From assembly GCA_963726195.1 (NCBI GenBank), contig CAVSBO010000016.1, positions 1 through 64,000 on the forward strand: a DNA stretch of 64,000 nt. The letters run 5' to 3'. Position 1 is the first letter of the stretch, and every line of letters begins with the position of its first letter. Shown here one piece after another: positions 19,402-29,262 of this stretch. The notes beneath the pieces were generated by a model. It searched no databases. It was not told where the DNA came from and was given only the letters and a program-made list of their open reading frames with translations. The DNA is from Candidatus Thorarchaeota archaeon. GTDB lineage: Archaea; Asgardarchaeota; Thorarchaeia; Thorarchaeales; Thorarchaeaceae. The position numbers and the translations under genes are program-made.

Positions 19402-20301
19402 ATGGCAGGATATGAACACGCCGTACCACAATGGAAGAAAGATGAAGTCACCCAACTTGTCACGATGATCAAGAAGAGCAAGATGGTGGGCCTCGTCATA
19501 GTGGGAGGAATCGGCGCAAAACAACTGCAGGCAATCAGAGATAGCTTGCGCGGCTCAGCAACCTTGAAGATGACACGGAACACACTCATGATTCGGGCCA
19601 TCAAGGAAAGCAAGGCTAAGGGACTTGAGCCTCTGGCCGATCATGTGAAGGGACCTGTTGCTCTCATTTTCAGCGACAAGGACCCGTTCACACTGAGCAA
19701 GTTCCTCAGCGAGAATAAGTCAAAGGCGCCCGCCAAGGCAGGTCAGACTGCCACAAACGACATCAAAATTCCTGAGATGAATACCGGTGTAGCGCCGGGT
19801 CCTTTCATCAGTGAACTTGCGGCGCTCAAAATTCCAGCACGTGTCAAGACAGGAGTCATACATATCACGGAAGACACTATTGTGGTTAAAAAGGGTGAGA
19901 CAGTATCAGGTGCAATGGCATTGGTACTGAGTCGACTGGGAATCGAGCCCATGGAACTACGGCTCAGGCTTGCCGCGGCTTACGCAGAAGGGTCTGTTAT
20001 CACTTCCGAAGCCTTTGAAGTCGACCTTGAGAGTCTACTGAAGGAGCTTGTTCTGGCCCACCAATACGCGATGAATCTCTCGGTCAACATCGAGTATCCG
20101 ACCGCAGAGACTATTCCGCTCATGTTAGGGAAAGCGAGTCTCGAAGCCAAGAATCTGGCAATGAAGATAGGCTACTTAGTCCCAGACTTGCTCCCCCAGT
20201 TCTTGGCCAAGGGAAACTCGGACGCACTCGCACTGGCTTCTGAGCTGTCCAGTAAGAGTCCGGATGCGGTACCCCCTGATGTGCTAAAGAAGACTAAGTA
20301 G
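19402..20301 (+). CDS. rplP0: 50S ribosomal protein L10 (P0)
   Basis: VPQWK, LQAIR..LR, KAPAKAG and LGIEP motifs. Confidence 0.95.
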   Translation: MAGYEHAVPQWKKDEVTQLVTMIKKSKMVGLVIVGGIGAKQLQAIRDSLRGSATLKMTRNTLMIRAIKESKAKGLEPLADHVKGPVALIFSDKDPFTLSKFLSENKSKAPAKAGQTATNDIKIPEMNTGVAPGPFISELAALKIPARVKTGVIHITEDTIVVKKGETVSGAMALVLSRLGIEPMELRLRLAAAYAEGSVITSEAFEVDLESLLKELVLAHQYAMNLSVNIEYPTAETIPLMLGKASLEAKNLAMKIGYLVPDLLPQFLAKGNSDALALASELSSKSPDAVPPDVLKKTK

Positions 20302-20315
20302 TGAGGTAATGAAAC

Positions 20316-20618
20316 ATGGAGTACGTATACACAGCACTTCTTCTCCACAAAGCAGGTCAGCCAATCAATGAGAAGAACATGGATGCCGTTCTTACAGCAG
20401 CAGGTGTGAAGACGGATAAGTCCAGAGTGAAGGCTCTGCTCGCAGCACTCGAGGGCGTAGACATCGACGAAGCCCTAAAGAGCGCCGCCGTGGCTGTCGC
20501 AGCCCCGGCTGCTGCACCAGCTGCAGCTGGACGACCCGCAGCTGGAGAGAAGAAAGAAGAGAAAGAGGAAAAGAAGGAAGAAGAGTTCACTGCAGGTCTT
20601 GGAAGTCTATTCGGTTAG
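20316..20618 (+). CDS. rpl12: 50S ribosomal protein L12 (aP1)
   Basis: [18 protein letters not shown]. Confidence 0.96.
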   Translation: MEYVYTALLLHKAGQPINEKNMDAVLTAAGVKTDKSRVKALLAALEGVDIDEALKSAAVAVAAPAAAPAAAGRPAAGEKKEEKEEKKEEEFTAGLGSLFG

Positions 20619-20661
20619 AACAACATCGCTGCTCCGCACTCTTTCCTCTAGATTCACCAAG

Positions 20662-20704
20662 GACAGACAGGTCGCGAGCCTGCCTGTCTGATGCTATCTT
20701 TTAT
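20662..20704 (+). terminator. Possible terminator after the ribosomal protein operon
   Basis: GACAGACAGG..CCTGCCTGTC imperfect hairpin followed by TCTTTTA. Confidence 0.35.
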
Positions 20705-20791
20705 CTGCAAGCGCCAGTGTTCTCCTAGATACTCGTCTCGACTAATGGACAGGTCGGATGTTCAAGTCATGCACAGTTGAGATGTTGAGCC

Positions 20792-21628
20792 TTGAAGATC
20801 ATCTTCCATCCGCTCATGAGGGAATCCTATGACGATACACCAGCTGGGGCGCCGGGAAGACTTGATTCAGCCATCAGCGTTTTTCGTGGCCATCCCGGGT
20901 ATCAACTGATAACTCCTGAAGCCGCGTCCGAGAGCGACATCCTCCAGGCACACTCTTCGGCCGTTATTGAACGCGTCAGAGAGAGAAGTTTGACATCTCA
21001 AGGCGGCGAACTCTACAGGACAGCGGCTCTTGCCGTAGGCGGGGCCATTCTGGCTGCAAGCATAGCGGTCAAGGGAGAACCGTCATTCGGTTTGATTCGA
21101 CCTCCCGGCCATCATGCATCGCGCAACAGTCATTGGGGCTTCTGCTACTTCAACAACATGGCAATCGCTCTGCTGCATCTCCTGTCCCAAGGTCTAATCA
21201 GCTCTGCATTCATTCTTGATTTTGACCTGCACTTCGGAGACGGAACGGTCGATATTCTTGGCGGAGATAGAAGAGTGATCATCTACAACCCGCAGGGGCA
21301 AGGCGATGGCAATTACCTATCTGATGTCAAGCTTGCTCTCGACAATAGCCCCGATGTTGACATAATCGGTGCTTCAGCGGGCTTTGATGAGTATGAGCAT
21401 TGTTGGGGCCACAATCTGACGACTGATGCGTTCAGGCGCATAGGATGGTTGGTCTTCGAATTCGCGCGGGAGCGGTGTGACGGACGACGCTTTGGTCTAT
21501 TGGAAGGAGGATACAATCATGAGGACCTCGGGAAGAATATTCTTGCTTTTTGTGACGGACTGCAGGGCACATCCAAGATAGGAGGGCTGCTGCAGGGTAT
21601 TGAGACATCGTTGGATAGGCCGCTATGA
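20792..21628 (+). CDS. Histone deacetylase / AcuC family Zn hydrolase
   Basis: RPPGHHA, GFCYFNN, DFDLHFGDGT, SAGFD and LEGGY motifs. Confidence 0.92.
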   Translation: MKIIFHPLMRESYDDTPAGAPGRLDSAISVFRGHPGYQLITPEAASESDILQAHSSAVIERVRERSLTSQGGELYRTAALAVGGAILAASIAVKGEPSFGLIRPPGHHASRNSHWGFCYFNNMAIALLHLLSQGLISSAFILDFDLHFGDGTVDILGGDRRVIIYNPQGQGDGNYLSDVKLALDNSPDVDIIGASAGFDEYEHCWGHNLTTDAFRRIGWLVFEFARERCDGRRFGLLEGGYNHEDLGKNILAFCDGLQGTSKIGGLLQGIETSLDRPL

Positions 21629-21688
21629 TTGAGGGACAGCGGCTGTCGGCCTTACGTATACAGTATCTGGTGCTGCGACCGTTCTCTC

Positions 21689-24600
21689 TCATCCCTCCTC
21701 TGGGACCGGCAGGCCCGCCTTGTCTAGCAGAGCCATGGTGTCTCGGGTGGCTTCCAAGAGATCATCCTTCACAACGCCTTGTTTCTTGAGATTGGCACTG
21801 ACTTCTTCTAACAAGCCTTCATAGTTAGCTCCAGTGAGACCTTTCTCCCACCTCACTGTCATGAGCTCTACAACTTTCGCGTTTTTCCTATCATGGACCG
21901 GAACCAATGTGACTTGCACGCGATATTCTATGACCATCTTCCGCCTGCCAACGATTACCTTGGCTGACACGTACGCCATTTGACCTTCTTCTTCTCCAAC
22001 AGGGCTCTTCTTTTCCTCCTCACCTGAGTAAGAGCCCGGCCCCTCAGCCGAGTCATAGCTTTCCTCCTCCAACTCCGAAAGCAGCTCCACAAGTCGGGAG
22101 TCTGATATGTCGTCAGGAGCTCCAAGCCCGACCACGTTCTTGACATTGACTTGCACAGGATGTACCAGACCTGACCTGACATCGATGAGCTGCTCGCAGT
22201 CTGTCAGGAGAGCCACATCCCGGACATTCATCATTCTCTTCTCTAGGCCCTTCAAGTCAGACTCCTCGTCGAGACCATCAATGGTGACCCTGAGATGTCT
22301 GAAGTCTTGGTCACTTCGTTCTCTATTCCACGGCAGGACTCTGATTGTCACCCGCTCCCCCATCTCAAGGGTGAACAGCTGAGCCGCATTGTATGGGAAC
22401 ATATAATCTCGGTCAAAGAACCGACTGCGATGAACAAGAGGCCTGAGGAATGACAGCCTGATGTCCACCTCACCCCTTCGAGTTGGTACTGTTGCAACAC
22501 CGTAATCGATATCCTTTAGATGGTCCCAAGTGAGGACTGCTCCGTCCTTTGTGACCACCTGTTGTTTGCCTGTGATGGGCGACCTCAGCACGGACACGAT
22601 TTCAAGGGTGTCTGCACTCTCAAATCGCTCGCGTGTCTCACGGCTGGGCAGCACAGGATCGCGAAATGTAATCACATACGCTCTCTTCCTAGTGTCCAAT
22701 GAGACCTCACACTTCACATTCTTGACTTCGACATTCCACTCTGCAATCTTCTTGAGAGGGCCTAGTAGCCGCGACACCGACTCTGAAGACGGTGCGTCAA
22801 CAGGTGTGTTCTCAGATACGCCCAGCGAGGTCTTCAGGTCCAATTGTGATATCTTCAGCCATGGTATGGTTGCGACTCCTTCTCGTTCGTTGATTTGATA
22901 CTCGAGTCGTCCCAGAAGCATCCAGCCGCGGGCGCCTTCCTCGGGTCGCTGCCAGAGTATTTCGGATTTGCCCACGGTGGTCACGGCCAAGCGCATCTGA
23001 ATGTCGTCGGTGCTCTTGTGAAGAATGTCCTCAGCAGCCTCAGACATCTGTGCAGGATTGGTCGAACATCGATACCAGCCTGTGCCCAGCCTGCCACCGG
23101 GACTCTCTAACAACCCGCATACAACCCTCCCATCATCTGTTTTGAACAGGAGCCAGCAGGAAGACTCCTCCTCACCAACAACTATCCCCTCTCTATACTG
23201 ATACGCCTGAGGCCTCCTCGGTGTGGCCTGTGATTCTTCTTTCTGAGATACGAGGTTCGTCGTGCGGAAGAGCAGGTTGCCATAGATTGACGCGAAGTCG
23301 TATCTGGAACAAGCCATGTATGGCGGCCTATCTGCGGGCTTGAAGCCCATCTGATATAGCTCCCACTCTGCAACCGCTCTCCATAGAGCGAGTATCCCCA
23401 GATCGACGGGGTCATCCACGATTCTCGTGATGGCAACGATTGCGGCAAGGAACAGGTTGTTGCCATATAGTGTCAACAGATCAGGGTCACGAGAGATCGC
23501 TTGTTGAACCGCGGCACGGTTCTCAAGACTCAGAACGTCGCCAAGGGTGTTTCGCTCTTGCTCTATAAGAGCCCATGCACCCCGTCGTCTCGTGTTCCCG
23601 AGAATCATATCGCGAATCTTGAGCAAAGCCTCAAGATACAGTGGACCATCTTTCGGACCTTCAAGCGCGGAAAGGCAGCAAGCAACTATGTCTTCGAACA
23701 GGATCTCCAAATCTTCGCCGGGGTCGAGTCGGTGCTTGAGATAGTTGGCCGCATGCATCAGTCGTCTGACTTCACGCCTTCGAGTTGAGTCGGAGTCGAT
23801 TCTCTGAGACATGGTCACAGCATAGAGTGGAGGCCGCCGGATGATGCGCTTCCTTTTGAGGTTCTCCTTGTCCGTCTTTCTGATTCTGTGCTGCCATCCG
23901 CGTGTTATCCGCTCCGGGTCCGTGTATCTCAGCTTGGACCGCCCGGGCTCAGGAGGGGGATGACAAGGCTGGAGATGCAATCTATCACTAAGGGTTGGAG
24001 ACGAGGCGTCTGTGACCATCACGGAAACCATGGTCATTGATGGCTGTTTGGCGTCCGGTATGACTTGTTGTTCTTCCTTGTTTCTTGATCTGAGGAGGCT
24101 GGGAGCGAGACCCATCGCTTTCTCTTGAATGTCCTTGATTGTCTCACCAGAAAGCTGCTGCATATCGGCTTGGATAGAAGAAAGCCGGACAGACCGACCG
24201 TACATGTCTTCGTCTGTCAGAAGACTGGACCTGACTTCATATTCCTGGATTGTCACTTCCCTGTTCGATAGACCTCTGAACTTCTGCGGCCAGTGTCTTA
24301 ACATAGGCACATCAATTACCGTTGACCAGAGAGGTGCTGAAGTGGCAGTGTCCTGAATGATTACCCTCTTGTCGTCAAACCATGGTGCCTGCCATCCGAA
24401 TCCCTTTGGCGGCAAGGGCATGTTCCATAATATCTCCCCGAGACGAAGCCTGCGGAGTGAATCTGCCTCTAGCGGATGCACGCATGGTCTCTGGTAAACC
24501 AAGTTCATCTTTGTGTGCTGAATTCCACTGTCAACCCATAAGACTTCGTTATCTTCTGTGACAAGCTTCTCCACGAGAAGCTGTTCAAGGGCTCTGAGTC

Positions 24601-26815
24601 TCTGCCTTTCAGAACCGTGGACCATTTGGCGGAGTTCGCTCCATCCATCAATGACGACGATGAATCGGGAGCCGGGCTGCCGTGATTGCCCGATACTGGT
24701 CAGCTCCCGTGCTATGTCTGGATCAGCCCTGCCTGCAAGGTACTCTCGCACCGTATTTCCCATGTCACGAAAATCGACTTCATCTAGAATCTGTCTAAGT
24801 GTAGCTAGAAGCGGCCCCTTCTTGCTGTCGATGTTCTCCAGTCGAAGGGCATGTCTGCGAGACCCTTCAGGAAAAGAGCTGGTCAAATCCAGCCAGACCA
24901 CACCAGCGACGTCCCGGTCTCTTTCGCGCAGTTCTTGGATATGGTTGAGCAAATGCCAGTTCTTGGAGTGCCATGCAGCGGCTCTTCCTCCGGATGTTGC
25001 TGATGCGACAGGTATGTAGAGCGTCAGATTCCGCTGATGCTCGGTACTGCCTTTGAACGGGTCCTCTATGAAGATGGAGTCTGGAAATGTGGTCCGACTG
25101 AGCAAGTGGGACGGCCCCTCGGAAGGTGACATCAGCAATGCGACTCTCGGACTCCTGTCAAAGAGGTCTTTCATGCTTATCGAAGACCATCTTCCCTTTC
25201 CTGATGGTAAATGACGAAGCTGCACGAGGTTCTGAAGGAGAGCAGAGAAGGCTTCGAAGGTCTCTTGGTATCGTTGTGAGCTGTCAATCACTATGACACC
25301 TTTCCACAGAGAGACTGGCGGCGAATGATCTTCAGGAACCAGCCGTCGGTACTCCTCTATTAGCCCTCGTTCATAGAGCTCTAGCTGTCGCAGGTTGCTC
25401 TGCGGCGGTTCTGACGAGACGATGCTCTCCCACTCTTTCTCTGAAAGGGAGACCTTCCAAGGGCAAAGGGCTGGCACAAACGCGTTCATCATCTTGGTTC
25501 GTGGTCTTATGCCGTAGAGTGCAAAATCGAAGGAGCTTCTCGTCTTTATCTCCAGAACCATCACAGGAGTCCAGACTATTCGGGGGCCCACTTTTCTCCT
25601 CAGAAACAGGACAATGTCGGCCTGCCCCTGATTTTCAGAATCTTTCATTGACACTTCGGCCAAGAACTGTCTATCGGAGACAGTCTCAAGCATCGAGTCA
25701 CCGCTCAAAACAGCATCGATGAGAGAGCAGTGATGCAGGCCTGATAGAAGCACCCTGTGCCAGTCATTACCCTCCTGTTTAATTAGAGCGACTATGTGCT
25801 CCCTGAGCCGCCTCACGTCCTTCTCGGTGAGAATCTCTTGGTCCATACTGTCAAGTATGCGCTCGCACGCCTTCCGAATCTCAGGGTCTTCGGTGCTCTG
25901 GAGTAGTCCAAGGGCCTTCTCTCTGAGCGCAGCGATACTCACACTCGGAGTTCCCTCTTGCTGAGCCATCTCAGATGTCCTACGACCCTGTCCAGCTCTT
26001 CTGCCGTAAGTGGACCGTATCTCGAGGACAAGATGCCTGAGTTCCTTTTCACCGTCGGGACAGAAGTTCTTGCGACCTGTCTTTCCTCCCGTGTAGACCC
26101 AGTCGAGGAAAGGCGTCAACCGAGCAACCAAGAGTCGGATGTACCTATGAGCATCATCGCGAGGCACGTTGTAGATAAACAACTGACGAGACAGCTCGAC
26201 CAGATGCGCCCGGATCATGTCCACGAAATCCATTTCTGGAAGAGTTGGGTGTGCTAGCAACACCCGCGGGGCTCTCGATGTCCCTGGGTATCCTGCCTTC
26301 CAGTATCTCTTTACTGAGCCGTCAGTGGGAAACTTGGATACAACGGATGCTGCGAGAACCTTCTTGGAGCCATCTGGGTACACTCTCACCTGATAGCGGT
26401 GGGGTGTTGGAAAGGAATAGCGGGTAGCGGCTAGGTCTCTAAGCCTTGCTCCAAGGTAGTTCAGAAGGCCGTTAAGCGGGCCAACAGAACCCTGTCTCCA
26501 ATTGTAGACCCGTTTGAATTCGCGGTTTCCGTAGCGTTTCGTGCTGTACCAGAGGAACTTGAGATGAAGCTGTCGAAGACTGTGCTCTATGGCCGCGATT
26601 CGTGACACGATTGCAGATGCTCCGTAGTGCGTCGTGGGGAGCATTTCGCCCAGTTTGGTAGATGCTTCAGACCAACACTGTGCTATCGAGTCGACGTACT
26701 TCATCACAGCGGAATTGGAGCGACACCTTGTCAGTCTGACTATGGCGGCTAGGCCCATTGACAATGAATCTCTCAAGACCTCACTTGGTGTAACATCGGT
26801 TTCACGCTTGGACAC
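21689..26815 (-). CDS. Giant (1708 aa) uncharacterised protein with a PD-(D/E)xK nuclease domain and a degenerate RecA/KaiC-like NTPase domain
   Basis: Uninterrupted 5.1-kb ORF. Nuclease-like E..GQADIVL..VLEIKT..QLELY; NTPase-like ASATSGGRAA, VVWLDL, FIVVIDGWSEL. TTATAA box 24-29 nt upstream. Confidence 0.75.
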   Translation of the reverse strand: MSKRETDVTPSEVLRDSLSMGLAAIVRLTRCRSNSAVMKYVDSIAQCWSEASTKLGEMLPTTHYGASAIVSRIAAIEHSLRQLHLKFLWYSTKRYGNREFKRVYNWRQGSVGPLNGLLNYLGARLRDLAATRYSFPTPHRYQVRVYPDGSKKVLAASVVSKFPTDGSVKRYWKAGYPGTSRAPRVLLAHPTLPEMDFVDMIRAHLVELSRQLFIYNVPRDDAHRYIRLLVARLTPFLDWVYTGGKTGRKNFCPDGEKELRHLVLEIRSTYGRRAGQGRRTSEMAQQEGTPSVSIAALREKALGLLQSTEDPEIRKACERILDSMDQEILTEKDVRRLREHIVALIKQEGNDWHRVLLSGLHHCSLIDAVLSGDSMLETVSDRQFLAEVSMKDSENQGQADIVLFLRRKVGPRIVWTPVMVLEIKTRSSFDFALYGIRPRTKMMNAFVPALCPWKVSLSEKEWESIVSSEPPQSNLRQLELYERGLIEEYRRLVPEDHSPPVSLWKGVIVIDSSQRYQETFEAFSALLQNLVQLRHLPSGKGRWSSISMKDLFDRSPRVALLMSPSEGPSHLLSRTTFPDSIFIEDPFKGSTEHQRNLTLYIPVASATSGGRAAAWHSKNWHLLNHIQELRERDRDVAGVVWLDLTSSFPEGSRRHALRLENIDSKKGPLLATLRQILDEVDFRDMGNTVREYLAGRADPDIARELTSIGQSRQPGSRFIVVIDGWSELRQMVHGSERQRLRALEQLLVEKLVTEDNEVLWVDSGIQHTKMNLVYQRPCVHPLEADSLRRLRLGEILWNMPLPPKGFGWQAPWFDDKRVIIQDTATSAPLWSTVIDVPMLRHWPQKFRGLSNREVTIQEYEVRSSLLTDEDMYGRSVRLSSIQADMQQLSGETIKDIQEKAMGLAPSLLRSRNKEEQQVIPDAKQPSMTMVSVMVTDASSPTLSDRLHLQPCHPPPEPGRSKLRYTDPERITRGWQHRIRKTDKENLKRKRIIRRPPLYAVTMSQRIDSDSTRRREVRRLMHAANYLKHRLDPGEDLEILFEDIVACCLSALEGPKDGPLYLEALLKIRDMILGNTRRRGAWALIEQERNTLGDVLSLENRAAVQQAISRDPDLLTLYGNNLFLAAIVAITRIVDDPVDLGILALWRAVAEWELYQMGFKPADRPPYMACSRYDFASIYGNLLFRTTNLVSQKEESQATPRRPQAYQYREGIVVGEEESSCWLLFKTDDGRVVCGLLESPGGRLGTGWYRCSTNPAQMSEAAEDILHKSTDDIQMRLAVTTVGKSEILWQRPEEGARGWMLLGRLEYQINEREGVATIPWLKISQLDLKTSLGVSENTPVDAPSSESVSRLLGPLKKIAEWNVEVKNVKCEVSLDTRKRAYVITFRDPVLPSRETRERFESADTLEIVSVLRSPITGKQQVVTKDGAVLTWDHLKDIDYGVATVPTRRGEVDIRLSFLRPLVHRSRFFDRDYMFPYNAAQLFTLEMGERVTIRVLPWNRERSDQDFRHLRVTIDGLDEESDLKGLEKRMMNVRDVALLTDCEQLIDVRSGLVHPVQVNVKNVVGLGAPDDISDSRLVELLSELEEESYDSAEGPGSYSGEEEKKSPVGEEEGQMAYVSAKVIVGRRKMVIEYRVQVTLVPVHDRKNAKVVELMTVRWEKGLTGANYEGLLEEVSANLKKQGVVKDDLLEATRDTMALLDKAGLPVPEEG

Positions 26816-26838
26816 GATAGTGCTAGCGCCTGTTGAAC

Positions 26839-26844
26839 TTATAA
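26839..26844. promoter_or_regulatory. Palindromic TATA box (TTATAA), potentially bidirectional
   Basis: Spacing fits leaderless transcription of the giant gene; the box faces the intergenic region before the Cas12-like gene. Confidence 0.5.
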
Positions 26845-27052
26845 GGAGCTTGTGACTTTATGGCTAGACATCCAAGGAATATGACAGGCAGTAATGGCAA
26901 GGATGGTAAGCATAAGTCTCCATTATTCAACTTGGATGATAAATATGATTGGTGCTCCTTATATGGACCGGAAAAGACAGACATGTTGAGGAACTGCCGT
27001 GAAACGACCTGTCCAGCGCCACCCCCGGACGCAACAGAACATGCATATAACA

Positions 27053-29167
27053 ATGGGCGGCAAATATGATTGTGCTCACGGTCCAAGATATCTTGTCGAG
27101 TCCTTCACTCTGTGTTCTGAAAGTTACACGCCCTCGCGCAAAGGTCTTGGAAAGCGGCCAGACCCAGCCTTCAGCAGAAGGAGCGCCTTTCTCCCAAACG
27201 CGCCCACCTCTTCTCAGAGAACACTACGTACCTTATTCGTCGGCTTCGGCAGGAAGATCGGAGACCTCGAGTTAGTCACCATAGGCAGTCACCTCGACAG
27301 GTATGTGAAAGCAGTCAATCTTGCACTTGACCGGGTCTATTCTGATTCTGCGAGAGCAAAGAGGCTAGGTGAAGAGCTGAGCAACTACAGAGGGCAGGGC
27401 TATACCTTGCTGAAGAAGGAACGGGATCTCTCTTACCAGCACAACGAACAATTCAGACAGCTTGTGTTCGAAAGACTTCATAGGAACGCGCTGGAACAGG
27501 CTGCCCGGACGATTCAGGCTGACCACACTCGACGAAGGCTTGTGGAATCTGCCCTCTCTCTTCTGGATGCCTCGATTACTGACCAGCTCCGCCTGCTCAG
27601 GAACAGATACATTCCAGCGGACCTGATACGAAAGGTGAGAGACTCCTGTGAGGGTGCAAAGAACAATGGTACAGGGTATCACTATGCCTTGGGTGCCCTT
27701 AGGCAAGTCAGGAGGGCTCTTGACGAGCACATTCTCTCCTCACTTGCTCAGCCCCTTGGGTCGAGATCGGCGCAGAGGAAGCGGGTCGCTGACCACCTGC
27801 AGACCAACTCTCCCGAGTTCGGGCAAGTGACATCGCTCGTAGCTGAGCAAGTCGGTCGCTGGCACAAGGAGGGCTATCCCTTTACAGTCCCTCAGCTCAG
27901 AAAGTGGAGCATTGACTACTCAGCATCGACAGAGAACAGCATCGGGCAGGGTTATTGGTTCACAATCGACAACGATAGGGAGAATGAGGTTCTTCTCCAC
28001 ATCAAGCTCCCTCCCGGACTCGATGGGACACCCAGCGACCGTTCTCCATATGGCACTCAGACTCTGACCTTCAGGTTCCTCGACTGGCTCCCTCGTGCTG
28101 CCGCAGACGCCGGTATTAGAGCGGTGGCAGCCGAGAAGGAGGGAAGAATCGCTCGTGCAACACAGCTGAGGTTTAGGGCAGCGAAGCTTCAGGACCAACA
28201 CCAACAGCTCATGAACACCATTCGAGTCCAGCACGTAGCCTACGCGCTCTCACGACTCAGACAGAAGAGAGACTCCGACCCCGAAGAGGTGGCGAGGCTC
28301 GAGACCGACATGAAGAGCTTGAAGTCCTCAAGGAGAAGTGCTCCGCCCCGCCTGCTTCTGAGAGGCCACCGCGTCACACTCCAGATCCCCTTCCTTTCTC
28401 CTGATAGAAGAATCCTGCTGCAGGTCTTGGGACAAAAGGAGTACACTGCGCTAGCCGGCGTCGATAGGGGTGTCAGAGTCCCCGTTACCCTGTCAGTTCA
28501 ACAGGATGACAACTACGTGGACGAGCTGCTCAGAGTGGAGTATCTGCTGGAGAAAAGGGAGAGGCTCAGAGAACAGGCCTCGCTGCTCAGATCCGAAGTG
28601 GACAGGAGAAGGAACAACTGGGACAGGAAACGGCTGGGGCTGTCGCGTCCCGCCTTCCTGTTGAAGAAGGAAAGGCATCAGGATGCTGTCTGGCAGAAGG
28701 TGTGTCGCCTCGACCGTGAAGTATCCCGGTTGCTCGCTTCGCACACTGTCTGGTTCTGTGAAGAGTACGGTGTAAAGACCGTTTACTTCGAAGACCTGAG
28801 GAACTACCAGACCCCGGGTGGTCAAGGAGCCCTGTCGTGGAAGCTCTCCACCAACCTGTGGGGAGAGGTTATCGACACAGTCCGGTACATGCGAGAGGCC
28901 CTTGGTCACAGTCCGTACAGTGTGTGGACAGTGAACCCCGCCTACACCAGCCAGACATGCCACGTATGCAGACAGAAAGGCATACGTGTCGATAGTTGCA
29001 GGTCAAAGGCGGAACAGAAAGGCGGAGAGTACTTCTACTGTCCAAACTGCGACTCACACATTCATGCGGACATCAATGCTGCACGAAACATAATTCATGT
29101 CCAGAGACCCAGTGCCGTTCCTGGGAGGACAAAGAACGTATGTCCAACTTTGTCCAACTTACAATGA
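27053..29167 (+). CDS. Large (~704 aa) TnpB/Cas12-like RuvC nuclease
   Basis: RuvC-I LAGVDRG, RuvC-II YFEDL, zinc finger NPAYTSQTCHVC..CPNC, RuvC-III HADINAARNI. About 300 aa longer than the three TnpBs in this window. Start uncertain (26999, 27041 or 27053). Confidence 0.88.
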   Translation: MGGKYDCAHGPRYLVESFTLCSESYTPSRKGLGKRPDPAFSRRSAFLPNAPTSSQRTLRTLFVGFGRKIGDLELVTIGSHLDRYVKAVNLALDRVYSDSARAKRLGEELSNYRGQGYTLLKKERDLSYQHNEQFRQLVFERLHRNALEQAARTIQADHTRRRLVESALSLLDASITDQLRLLRNRYIPADLIRKVRDSCEGAKNNGTGYHYALGALRQVRRALDEHILSSLAQPLGSRSAQRKRVADHLQTNSPEFGQVTSLVAEQVGRWHKEGYPFTVPQLRKWSIDYSASTENSIGQGYWFTIDNDRENEVLLHIKLPPGLDGTPSDRSPYGTQTLTFRFLDWLPRAAADAGIRAVAAEKEGRIARATQLRFRAAKLQDQHQQLMNTIRVQHVAYALSRLRQKRDSDPEEVARLETDMKSLKSSRRSAPPRLLLRGHRVTLQIPFLSPDRRILLQVLGQKEYTALAGVDRGVRVPVTLSVQQDDNYVDELLRVEYLLEKRERLREQASLLRSEVDRRRNNWDRKRLGLSRPAFLLKKERHQDAVWQKVCRLDREVSRLLASHTVWFCEEYGVKTVYFEDLRNYQTPGGQGALSWKLSTNLWGEVIDTVRYMREALGHSPYSVWTVNPAYTSQTCHVCRQKGIRVDSCRSKAEQKGGEYFYCPNCDSHIHADINAARNIIHVQRPSAVPGRTKNVCPTLSNLQ

Positions 29168-29262
29168 ACGATGTATGAGCCAAGCACCGATGACAAGAAA
29201 CGATTGGGACTGTCTTCAGGAGTTTATATCGCATTTGCACGCACGAGTCTTAGGATGACATC

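Noticed and set aside
26860-27069. 69-aa ORF in the divergent spacer
   Set aside because: It has no recognisable motif and overlaps the promoter/repeat region and the start of the Cas12-like gene.
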